In this document: positions 18,252 to 26,851 of the stretch, piece after piece
How positions within the stretch are numbered: the first letter of the stretch is position 1
Layout of the letters: each line of letters starts with the position of its first letter
NCBI GenBank assembly: GCA_049416425.1
Contig: JBMSHD010000003.1
Location: 9,285-41,284 of the forward strand
DNA from: Francisellaceae bacterium
GTDB taxonomy: Bacteria > Pseudomonadota > Gammaproteobacteria > Francisellales > Francisellaceae
Length of the DNA stretch: 32,000 nt
Reading direction: 5' to 3'
The notes under the pieces: generated by a model
The model's database searches: none
The model's input: only the letters and a program-made list of their open reading frames with translations
Told to the model about the DNA's origin: nothing
Translations under genes and position numbers: made by a program

Positions 18252-19918
18252 GCGTATTTTGGCCTTTTATTCGCCTTTTAAACAGACAGTTCTGGTGGAT
18301 GGCGGCTGGAACCTCATTGGCGACCTTGGCGATTATCTCAAGCATCGGTTTGATGAGTCTATCTGGCTGGTTTATTTCAAAAACAGGTTTTCTGGCAACC
18401 ACCACCTATGTCGTTGCCAGTCAGTTTAATTATTTCTATCCCGCCGCGGGCGTTCGATCTTTTTCGGTGGCTCGCATCATCACGCGTTATGGTGAGCGTT
18501 TGATGACCCATGAGGCAACCTTCAAGCTTCTAACCGATATTCGATTATGGTTTTATCAAAGACTTATTCCATTGGCTCCGGCGCAGTTAATGGAGTATCG
18601 AAGCGGTGATCTTCTCAATCGCCTGGTCAATGATATCAATCATCTCGATAATCTCTATATTCGCATTCTCTCGCCCAGCGTGGTTTTGTTGTTGGCGCTG
18701 GTGAGCCTCTTTATTTTTTACAGTTTTTTCAGCTTCAGTATCGCATTGGTGACTGTTGGATTGACGCTGTGCGCCGGGTTTTTATTGCCGTTTTTCATCG
18801 GTTTTATCAGCCGTAGCGTTTCTGCTGATCTCACGCATGAACACGCCAGATTAAAAACGACGATAACCGAACATGTGCAGTCGCTGGCAGAGCTTAAGAT
18901 TTTTCATGCGCTGGAGAGGCATACTCAGATTATCGAGTCGCAGAATAATCGCTTGATTGCAACACAAAATAAGATGAGTCGCTATAGTGGTCTCGGTGGC
19001 GCTTTAATGGTGGCGCTTTTGGGGCTGACGTTATGGCTTTCGGTATGGATGGCGGTGGGGCTTGTCAATGCCAAAGCGCTAAATGGTGCTTTTATCGCCT
19101 TGATCGCTCTGGGAATTATGGCCATGTACGAGGCGGTGATGCCGTTGCCTGTGGCCTGGCAGTATCTGGGTAAGACACGGGCTTCCTGTCGGCGCCTAAG
19201 TGAGCTTTTACATAGAGAGCCGACGGTTGTTTTTGAGCGGAAATTAAAGCAGCTGCCTCAAGATGCCTCGGTGAGTATGGATAATATCTGTTTTGGCTAT
19301 AAAGCAGAGCATGCAATATTTTCTCATTTTTCATTGACGCTGGCACAGGGTGAAAAAGTGGCGTTAGCAGGAGCGACGGGCTGTGGCAAATCAACACTGG
19401 TTAATCTGTTGTCGAGATTTTATGATGTTGAATCCGGCGAGATCAAAATTGGTGGGCATAACATTCGCAATTTCAGTGAATCACAGTTGCGCCAGATGAT
19501 GCTTGTCATCTCCCAGCAGGCGCATATCTTTAACGGCTCGATTCGTGATAATCTGGCTATTGTTGATGAAAAAGTGACTGATGAGGCAATTTGGCAGGCG
19601 CTTGATATCGTTGAGTTAAAACGCTTTGTTGAGACGCTTGCTGATGGGCTTGATGGCTGGACAGGTGAGCATGGACAGCATTTATCGGGTGGACAGAAAC
19701 GGCGGCTGGCACTGGCTCGGGTGCTTTTAAGCAAAGCGCCGATTGTAATCCTGGATGAGCCGACCGAAGGGCTTGACAAACAAACGGAATGGCAGGTTTT
19801 TAATCGTCTGATGGATAGACTCGAGTCAAAAACCGTGCTTTTAATCAGCCATAATCCGGTATTGTTTTCGCGGGTTGATCGTGTGCTGACGCTATCAACA
19901 GATAAGGAAAAACGATGA
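18242..19918 (+). CDS. cydC: Thiol reductant ABC exporter subunit CydC
   Basis: Collinear with E. coli CydC: SGWFIS, PAAGVRSFSVARIITRYGERLMTHEATF, GDLLNRLVNDINHLDNLYIRILSP. Walker A GATGCGKST, signature LSGGQKRRLALARV, Walker B VILDEPTEGLD. It overlaps the cydD stop. The start may instead be ATG 18248, which is better spaced from AGGAGG at 18234-18239. Confidence 0.9.
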   Translation: MGMSVFWPFIRLLNRQFWWMAAGTSLATLAIISSIGLMSLSGWFISKTGFLATTTYVVASQFNYFYPAAGVRSFSVARIITRYGERLMTHEATFKLLTDIRLWFYQRLIPLAPAQLMEYRSGDLLNRLVNDINHLDNLYIRILSPSVVLLLALVSLFIFYSFFSFSIALVTVGLTLCAGFLLPFFIGFISRSVSADLTHEHARLKTTITEHVQSLAELKIFHALERHTQIIESQNNRLIATQNKMSRYSGLGGALMVALLGLTLWLSVWMAVGLVNAKALNGAFIALIALGIMAMYEAVMPLPVAWQYLGKTRASCRRLSELLHREPTVVFERKLKQLPQDASVSMDNICFGYKAEHAIFSHFSLTLAQGEKVALAGATGCGKSTLVNLLSRFYDVESGEIKIGGHNIRNFSESQLRQMMLVISQQAHIFNGSIRDNLAIVDEKVTDEAIWQALDIVELKRFVETLADGLDGWTGEHGQHLSGGQKRRLALARVLLSKAPIVILDEPTEGLDKQTEWQVFNRLMDRLESKTVLLISHNPVLFSRVDRVLTLSTDKEKR

Positions 19919-20772
19919 TGGTCAGCGAATTTGAGTTAAAAAAACAAGAGCAGATTATTGAAGAGGCGCTTCGGGCTATCGACCGTTTGCTTGTGGAGAT
20001 CAAGGCGGGCTTTTGTTTGCTGGATGAGCAAGGGCAATTAACGTCACATTTTTTTTATGCGGAGAATTGGGTGACTCAATCATTAAACGATCTTGCACCT
20101 AGTCAGGCGCTCGATATCGTCTTGGGTTATATGAATGACGATCATCTGGAACCTGGCAGAACGCGCATCTTAATCGGTATGATTCAGGTGGCGAAAAGAG
20201 CAGAATCCCTTATCGATCAGCTTCAGGAAGTCAATGAGAAAAAACAATCTATTCAACAGGCAATTGCTGTGGTGCTTCAATTGTTCAAGGGCTCAAAATA
20301 TCATCTTGAGCAATTTAAATCACGACGTTTTCATAAACGGATTAACTGGAAGATGCTCAATCGTCGAGTTTTATGGCTTGATGAGCCAATCGATCATCTG
20401 ACATTCAAAGAATCAAAAAACATCGTCAGCACCAAGTTGACGAAAATGGCGTTGTTGAAGAAACTCAAAGCCTTGAAAAAAGATCCTGAATTGAGGTCAA
20501 AAGAGATTAAGATCATCGAGCAATTTGATGAGAGTCAGCTGTTTTATATGCGCTACACGGCCTATCGTCACTCGGTGAATGTTTTCTCGAAAGAGCGAGA
20601 AAAGAGCTATCGTCTCATCTGTGCCACGCCGCTTATTTTATTTGGCGGTGCTCAAATGACGACGCTGTCGTATAATGAGATCAGTGCCAGAAAAAAACGC
20701 AGCGATAGCGGTGATTATGGCGAACCGATTATCGACAGCTTGCCGATTTATATCCGCCATGCTTTGGCATGA
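19915..20772 (+). CDS. Hypothetical protein; candidate diverged Tus (DNA replication terminus site-binding protein) homologue
   Basis: 285 aa. The ATG overlaps the cydC stop (ATGA), and AAGGA lies 6 nt upstream. Three blocks align by eye with E. coli Tus, listed here as this ORF versus Tus. [44 protein letters not shown] vs [74 protein letters not shown] vs [31 protein letters not shown]. LSYNE...[10 protein letters not shown] vs LNYDA...LIIPRLHLYV. The alignment is from memory, not computed. Confidence 0.5.
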   Translation: [285 protein letters not shown]

Positions 20773-20871
20773 AGGAAAACTTTGCCAGTATCCCTGTATT
20801 TTCTTTGACCTTGCGATTATAATTAGCCGCAGTATTTTTGTGTAAAATTAATGAATGATTTGGAGTATTGA

Positions 20872-23550
20872 ATGTCTGAAAAGCTGCATGATATAGACAG
20901 CGCTGAAACCGCAGAATGGTTAGAGGCCTTTGATGATGTGCTTGAGCGTGAGGGAAGTGAGCGCGCCGGCTTTTTGATGATGCGTCTGGCTGATAAAGCG
21001 GAGCAGCTTGGAATCATAAGCGGTTATGGCAAGGCAAAATCTGTACGCTTTATGAATACGATCGATGCTAAAGATGAACCGGTTTTTCCTGGTGATCTTG
21101 AGATCGAGCGAAAAATTGAAGCACTCAATCGCTGGAATTCAGCCGTTATCGTCGCTAAAGCCAATAAGAAAGACAGCTCTTTGGGCGGTCATATTGGCTC
21201 TGGTGCCTCAATAATGACGTTGTACGAGGTTGGATTTAACCATTTTTTCAAGGCGCCAAATGAGCATGAAGCCGGAGATCTTGTATTTTATCAGGGACAT
21301 ACCACACCGGTTATCTATGCCAGATCCTATCTTGAAGGGCGCCTAAATGAAGAACAACTGACAAATTTCCGTCAGCAGGCTTTTAATGGTGAGAAAGGAC
21401 TGTCTTCTTATCCGCATCCGTATTTACAACCAGAATATTGGCAATTCCCGACCGTTTCCATGGGGCTTGGTCCATTGCAGGCTATTTATCAGGCTCGATT
21501 CATGAAATATCTTGAGGCGCGTGGACTGGCGAAAACCGAAGGGCGAAAGGTTTGGGCATTTTGTGGCGATGGTGAGATGGACGAACCGGAATCATTGGGA
21601 GCGATTAATCGAGCCGTTCGTGAAGGCTTGGATAATCTTATCTTTGTCATCAACTGTAATCTTCAGCGCTTAGATGGGTTGGTTGACGGCAATGGCAAAG
21701 TGGTCGAGGAGTTTGCCAATTTATTTGAAGGTGCTGGCTGGCATGTGATTAAGGTGCTATGGGGCAGCAATTGGGCGCCTTTGTTTGCCAAAGATATCAA
21801 TGGAAAATTGCAGAAGCGTCTGGCTGAACTTAACGACGGTCAGCTGCAGTTCGCTCAATCTCATGGCGGTGCCGATTTGCGTCAGATCATATTCGGTGGT
21901 GATGCCGAGCTTGAAGCCATGGTCGTCGATATGTCCGATGATGATATCGCGGGACTGATGCGAGGAGGGCACGACCCGATTAAAGTCTATGCCGCCTATA
22001 AACAGGCAACTGACAACAGTGATGGCAGACCGACACTTATTCTGCCGATGACGGTTAAGGCCTATGGTTTGGGTGAATGGGGTGAATCAAAAAACATCGC
22101 CCATAACGTCAAAAAACTCAATACCGAAGCCTTGAAATATATTCGTGACCGCTTTGAGATTCCCGCCAGCGATGAACAAGCCGAAAACATGGAATTCCTG
22201 CGCTTTGAAAAAGGCTCAAAAGAAGAGAGCTATCTTCATGAGAAGCGTCAAAATTTAGGTGGTTATGCGCCGGCGAGATTTGAGAATGCCGAACCGCTGC
22301 CGATCCCTGATTATAAAGAATTTGGTAAGCTGTTTTTGGAGTCAAGTGGTGAGCGTGAGTTGTCGATCACCACCGCCTTCGTGCGCCTGTTTGTGGCGCT
22401 AACCCGTGAAAAAGGCTTGAAAGATCATCTGGTTCCCATCGTGGTTGATGAATCGCGAACCTTTGGGATGGAAGGACTTTTTCGTCAACTTGGCATTTAT
22501 AATCATCAGGGACAGCAGTACGTGCCGGAAGACAAAAAACAGGTGATGTATTACAAGGAAGCCAAGAATGGTCAGATCTTACAAGATGGCATCAACGAAG
22601 CCGGTGGTTTCTGTTCATGGCTGGCAGCGGCAACTTCCTACAGCGTGCATCGGGTGCCGATGGTTCCATTTTATATCTATTATTCCATGTTTGGTTTTCA
22701 GCGCATCGGTGATCTGGCTTGGGCGGCTGGTGATTCGCATGCCAAGGGATTTCTTTTGGGAGGCACGGCCGGCAGAACGACGCTAAATGGTGAAGGGCTT
22801 CAACATCAGGATGGACACAGCCATATTCAGGCCGGACTCATTCCAAGCTGTGTCTCTTATGATCCCTGTTATGGTTATGAGTTGGCGGTGATCATGTGGG
22901 ATGGTTTGCGCCGCATGTATATCGACAATGAAAGCATCTTCTACTATATTACCCTGATGAATGAAAACTATGTTCACCGCGGCATGCCAAAAGGCGCGGA
23001 AGAGGGAATCTTAAAAGGGCTTTATCTTCTTGAAGAGAATAAACCAGCGGCGAGGAAACATGTTCAGCTTATCGGTGCCGGCACCATACTACTTGAGGTC
23101 GAAGCCGCGGTGAAACTGTTGAAGGCAGATTTTGGCATCAGCGCCGATGTCTGGAGCATGACCTCAAGCAATGAGCTGTATCGTGAGGCACGCGCGGTGT
23201 CACGATGGAACCTGTTGCATCCGGAACAAGAAGCCAGGACGCCGTATGTGTCACAATGCTTTAAAGATCGCAAAGGACCTGTCATCGTCTCTACCGACTA
23301 CATCAAGCTTTATGGTGAGCAGTTAAGAGAATTCATGCCGCAAAATTATACCGTTCTGGGCACCGATGGCTATGGTCGTTCGGATTCAAGAGAAAACCTG
23401 CGTAAATTCTTTGAAGTCGATCGCTATTATGTGGCCGTTGCGGCCTTGAGTGCGTTGGCAAAAGACGGAATTATCGATGCTGATGTTGTCGCAGAGGCTA
23501 TTAAAAAATATAATATTGATGCTGAGCGATCTGAGCCGGCCGTCAGTTGA
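20872..23550 (+). CDS. aceE: Pyruvate dehydrogenase E1 component (homodimeric type)
   Basis: 892 aa. ThDP-binding GDGEMDEPES...NCNLQRLDG. Collinear with E. coli AceE throughout (e.g. SMGLGP, YYSMFGFQR, GRTTLNGEGLQHQDGHS). Confidence 0.95.
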   Translation: MSEKLHDIDSAETAEWLEAFDDVLEREGSERAGFLMMRLADKAEQLGIISGYGKAKSVRFMNTIDAKDEPVFPGDLEIERKIEALNRWNSAVIVAKANKKDSSLGGHIGSGASIMTLYEVGFNHFFKAPNEHEAGDLVFYQGHTTPVIYARSYLEGRLNEEQLTNFRQQAFNGEKGLSSYPHPYLQPEYWQFPTVSMGLGPLQAIYQARFMKYLEARGLAKTEGRKVWAFCGDGEMDEPESLGAINRAVREGLDNLIFVINCNLQRLDGLVDGNGKVVEEFANLFEGAGWHVIKVLWGSNWAPLFAKDINGKLQKRLAELNDGQLQFAQSHGGADLRQIIFGGDAELEAMVVDMSDDDIAGLMRGGHDPIKVYAAYKQATDNSDGRPTLILPMTVKAYGLGEWGESKNIAHNVKKLNTEALKYIRDRFEIPASDEQAENMEFLRFEKGSKEESYLHEKRQNLGGYAPARFENAEPLPIPDYKEFGKLFLESSGERELSITTAFVRLFVALTREKGLKDHLVPIVVDESRTFGMEGLFRQLGIYNHQGQQYVPEDKKQVMYYKEAKNGQILQDGINEAGGFCSWLAAATSYSVHRVPMVPFYIYYSMFGFQRIGDLAWAAGDSHAKGFLLGGTAGRTTLNGEGLQHQDGHSHIQAGLIPSCVSYDPCYGYELAVIMWDGLRRMYIDNESIFYYITLMNENYVHRGMPKGAEEGILKGLYLLEENKPAARKHVQLIGAGTILLEVEAAVKLLKADFGISADVWSMTSSNELYREARAVSRWNLLHPEQEARTPYVSQCFKDRKGPVIVSTDYIKLYGEQLREFMPQNYTVLGTDGYGRSDSRENLRKFFEVDRYYVAVAALSALAKDGIIDADVVAEAIKKYNIDAERSEPAVS

Positions 23551-23595
23551 TTTGTAAATGGTTCTTTTAGCGTTATTCGTAGAACCCCCTCCCTG

Positions 23596-23656
23596 CCTCC
23601 CCCTTAACACAAGGGGGAGGAGACAAATATTCCCTCCCCTTGGGATCAAGGGGAGG
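23596..23656 (+). repeat. Two tandem GC-rich palindromic hairpins (CCTCCCC(C)TT / AAGG(G)GGAGG) in the aceE-aceF spacer
   Basis: Hairpin 1 has a perfect 10-bp stem (23596-23605 with 23611-23620) and the 5-nt loop AACAC. Hairpin 2 has a 9-10 bp stem (23633-23641 with 23648-23656, plus G23642:C23647). The two share the same arm sequence. Neither is followed by a T-run. Confidence 0.8.
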
Positions 23657-23742
23657 TTAGGTGGGGTTAGATAAACTATCGTTTTCAACTAATAATGCGT
23701 AAAGAGCTTTGTAAATTGATAAATAAACACAAGGAAATACCA

Positions 23743-25329
23743 ATGTCCTTAGAAAAAATACTTGTGCCGGATATCGGCGATTATAAAGAGGTTGATGTCA
23801 TCGAAGTCAATGTCAATGTCGGAGACAGGATTGAAGCCGAGGATTCTTTGATCACGCTTGAAACCGACAAGGCATCGATGGAGGTTCCGGCACCTGTTTC
23901 AGGGGTGATTAAGGAGATCAAGATCAACGTGGGAGACAAGGTCTCTGAGGGCGATTTGATCATTCTGGTTGAGACCGATGGCGCAGAGAGTAATGAATCG
24001 CAGGCTAAATCAGATGACGCACAAACAGAAGCCAAAAGTGAAGATGAGCCTAAAGCAGGCACCACCGTCATTGAGGTCAAAGTGCCGGATATCGGCGATT
24101 ATAAAGAGGTTGATGTCATCGAGGTCAATGTCAGTGCAGGTGATAGCGTGGCCGCAGAAGACTCGCTGATTACGCTTGAAACCGATAAGGCATCGATGGA
24201 GGTTCCGGCTCCTCAAGCTGGCAGAATCGTTGAACTTAAGATCAAAATCGGTGATAAGGTTTCTGAGGGTGATTTGATTTTAACCTTGGAAGTCGCAGGT
24301 GCGCTCAAGGCGTCGACATCACAAAAACAACCAGAACAAAAAGAACAGAAACAGCCAGCGCCTTCTGTTTCAGAGGATAAACCGGCTCAACAAGTCTCTG
24401 TTGCTGAAGATATCGATAACAGCAATGCGCATGCTTCACCGGCGGTTCGAAGACTGGCGCGTATTTTGGGTGTTGATCTGTCGAAAGTAGTCGCCAGTGG
24501 TCGGAAAGGGCGAATCACCAAAGAGGATTGCGAAGCCTATATCAAGCGTGCGGTGACCGCCGTACAATCAGGTGGCGTCGCTAGCGGTGGGCTTGATCTT
24601 CTGCCTGATCCTGTGGTTGATTTTGCTAAATTTGGTGAGATTGATGAGCAGCCACTGTCTCGCATTAATAAATTAAGTGCCAGAAATCTGGCGCGAAACT
24701 GGGTCAAAATTCCGCATGTCACCTTCTATGATGATGCCGATATCACTGATCTGGAAGACTTCAGAAAGGCCAAGAAAGCAGAAGCCGAAAAGCTTGGCGT
24801 TAAAATCACACCATTGGCGTTTTTAATCAAAGCGGCGGCTAAGGCATTACAGTCCTATCCTCGTTTCAACAGTTCACTGTCGGCCGACGGTGAGAGTTTG
24901 ATCGTCAAAAAATACTACCATATCGGTTTTGCCGCCGATACTCCAAGAGGGCTTGTGGTTCCTGTGATCAAGGATGCTGACAAAAAAGGCATCTATGAAA
25001 TCTCGAGTGAGATTGCCGATCTGGCAAAAAAAGCGCGCGATGGCAAATTGAAACCGGAAGATATGCAAGGGGCAAGTTTCACCATATCGAGTCTCGGTGT
25101 GCTGGGAACAACGGCATTTACGCCGATTATCAACATGCCAGAGGTAGCCATCATGGGCGTCTCTAAAGCCGCTATTAAACCGCATTGGGATGGTAAATCA
25201 TTTATACCAAGAACGAAACTGCCGCTGTCACTGTCTACCGATCATCGAGTCATCGACGGGGCATTGGCCGCTCAGTTTTTAACGAAGTATTGCGCGATCT
25301 TGAGCGATCTGCGTGAGATGTTATTATAA
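23743..25329 (+). CDS. aceF: Dihydrolipoyllysine-residue acetyltransferase (PDH E2) with two lipoyl domains
   Basis: Two lipoyl domains (VPDIGDYKEVDVIEVNV...LITLETDKASMEVPAP...GDKVSEGDLI), Ala/Pro/Gln/Glu linkers, an E3-binding domain (ASPAVRRLARILGVDLSKV) and a catalytic domain with DHRVIDGA. ATG 23743 (MSLEKILVPDIGD), with AAGGA upstream, is preferred over the track start at 23695. Confidence 0.95.
   Translation: MSLEKILVPDIGDYKEVDVIEVNVNVGDRIEAEDSLITLETDKASMEVPAPVSGVIKEIKINVGDKVSEGDLIILVETDGAESNESQAKSDDAQTEAKSEDEPKAGTTVIEVKVPDIGDYKEVDVIEVNVSAGDSVAAEDSLITLETDKASMEVPAPQAGRIVELKIKIGDKVSEGDLILTLEVAGALKASTSQKQPEQKEQKQPAPSVSEDKPAQQVSVAEDIDNSNAHASPAVRRLARILGVDLSKVVASGRKGRITKEDCEAYIKRAVTAVQSGGVASGGLDLLPDPVVDFAKFGEIDEQPLSRINKLSARNLARNWVKIPHVTFYDDADITDLEDFRKAKKAEAEKLGVKITPLAFLIKAAAKALQSYPRFNSSLSADGESLIVKKYYHIGFAADTPRGLVVPVIKDADKKGIYEISSEIADLAKKARDGKLKPEDMQGASFTISSLGVLGTTAFTPIINMPEVAIMGVSKAAIKPHWDGKSFIPRTKLPLSLSTDHRVIDGALAAQFLTKYCAILSDLREMLL
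23764..24290 (+). repeat. Internal tandem duplication encoding the two aceF lipoyl domains (period 318 nt)
   Basis: GTGCCGGATATCGGCGATTATAAAGAGGTTGATGTCATCGA[A/G]GTCAATGTC occurs at 23764 and again at 24082. ACGCTTGAAACCGA[C/T]AAGGCATCGATGGAGGTTCCGG is also nearly identical in both copies. The sequence between these blocks has diverged. Confidence 0.9.
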
Positions 25330-25351
25330 TTCAAAAGTTAAGGAAAAGACC

Positions 25352-26764
25352 GTGAGTGATATGAAAGCAGATGTGGTGGTTTTGGGAAGCGGACCTGGTG
25401 GATACAGCGCCGCATTTAGAGCCGCTGATTTGGGTAAGAAAGTCATTTTAATCGAGAAATATCCGAGTATTGGTGGTGTGTGTTTGAATGTCGGCTGTAT
25501 TCCGTCAAAGGCATTGTTGCATGTCGCTAAAGTCATGGATGAGGCCAAACACCTGCAGAAAGATGGTCTGATCAGCTTCGATAACTTCAGCTATAACAAA
25601 GATAAGATTCTGGCGTATAAAAATAATATCGTTAAACAGCTAACCACTGGTTTAAAAGGGCTGGCAAGACAGCGTAAGGTTGAGATCATTGAGGGATACG
25701 GTAAGTTTAGTTCAAGCCATGAAATCGCCGTTGAGACTAAGGATGGTATTAAAACCATCGGCTTTGAACAGGCCATCATCGCCGTGGGTTCACGTCCGAT
25801 CGAGCTGCCATTTATTCCTAAAGATCCTCGTATTATTGACTCAACCGGGGCACTTGAGATGAATGAAGTGCCTGAGAAAATGCTGGTCATCGGCGGAGGC
25901 ATTATTGGTCTTGAAATGGCGCAGGTCTACAGTGAACTTGGATCGAAGATCACCGTGGTTGAGTTTATGGATCAGCTGATGGGCGCGGCCGATAGCGATA
26001 TCGTCAAGCCTTATGAGAAGATGATGGCGAAACGCTATGATATCCGTCTTAAAACCAAAGTCACCAACGTTGAGGCCAAAGAGGACGGTCTTTATGTGAC
26101 AATGGAGGGTGCCAAACCAACTTCTGAGCCTGAGCGATTCGATCGTATTTTAATGGCGGTTGGTCGCACACCAAATGGCAAGTTGATCGATGCCGAGAAA
26201 GCCGGTGTCCATGTCGATGAGCGTGGCTTTATTGCCGTTGATAAACAGTTAAAAACCAATGTGCCTCATATCTTTGCCATCGGTGATGTTGTTGGTCAGC
26301 CGATGCTCGCACACAAAGCGGTACCGGAAGGGCGCACGGCGGCGGAAGTTATCGCCGGTCATAAGCATTATTTCGAGCCTAAAGCCATTCCATCGGTCGC
26401 TTATACCGATCCTGAGGTGGCATGGACGGGAATGACCGAGAAAGAAGCCAAAGAGAAAGGCATTAACTACGGCAAAGGCGTATTCCCATGGGCTGCCAGT
26501 GGTCGTTCTTTGAGTATCGGTCGCTCAGAAGGCATGACTAAAGTGCTTTATGATGAAAATCATATCATCATCGGTGCCGGAATTGTCGGTCCTAATGCCG
26601 GTGAACTCATTGCCGAGGCCACACTTGCCATTGAGATGGGGTGTGATGCCGAAGATATCGCCTTAACCATTCACCCGCATCCGACGTTGTCAGAAACGCT
26701 GATGATGGCAACCGAAGTCTATGAAGGTACGGCGACGGATATTTATGCGCCTAAAAAGAAATAA
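25352..26764 (+). CDS. lpdA: Dihydrolipoyl dehydrogenase (E3)
   Basis: FAD fold VVVLGSGPGGYSAAFRAADLG, redox disulfide GGVCLNVGCIPSKALL and C-terminal HPHPTLSE. GTG 25352, with AAGGAAAAG upstream, gives an N-terminus matching E. coli Lpd in length. ATG 25361 is an alternative, and the track start at 25313 overlaps aceF. Confidence 0.93.
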   Translation: MSDMKADVVVLGSGPGGYSAAFRAADLGKKVILIEKYPSIGGVCLNVGCIPSKALLHVAKVMDEAKHLQKDGLISFDNFSYNKDKILAYKNNIVKQLTTGLKGLARQRKVEIIEGYGKFSSSHEIAVETKDGIKTIGFEQAIIAVGSRPIELPFIPKDPRIIDSTGALEMNEVPEKMLVIGGGIIGLEMAQVYSELGSKITVVEFMDQLMGAADSDIVKPYEKMMAKRYDIRLKTKVTNVEAKEDGLYVTMEGAKPTSEPERFDRILMAVGRTPNGKLIDAEKAGVHVDERGFIAVDKQLKTNVPHIFAIGDVVGQPMLAHKAVPEGRTAAEVIAGHKHYFEPKAIPSVAYTDPEVAWTGMTEKEAKEKGINYGKGVFPWAASGRSLSIGRSEGMTKVLYDENHIIIGAGIVGPNAGELIAEATLAIEMGCDAEDIALTIHPHPTLSETLMMATEVYEGTATDIYAPKKK

Positions 26765-26851
26765 ATAATATCAAAAATTTTGTCAAACCAAGGATGGTAA
26801 CAGCCGTAGTGCTGAGATAATGGCGGTTCAATGATCCTGATCGTAGCTGCT

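Noticed and set aside
23386-23688. 100-aa minus-strand ORF spanning the aceE 3' end and the hairpin spacer (PLIPRGGNICLLPLVLRGRQGGG).
   Set aside because: It is an artefact of reading through the GC-rich palindromes, with half of it antisense to aceE.
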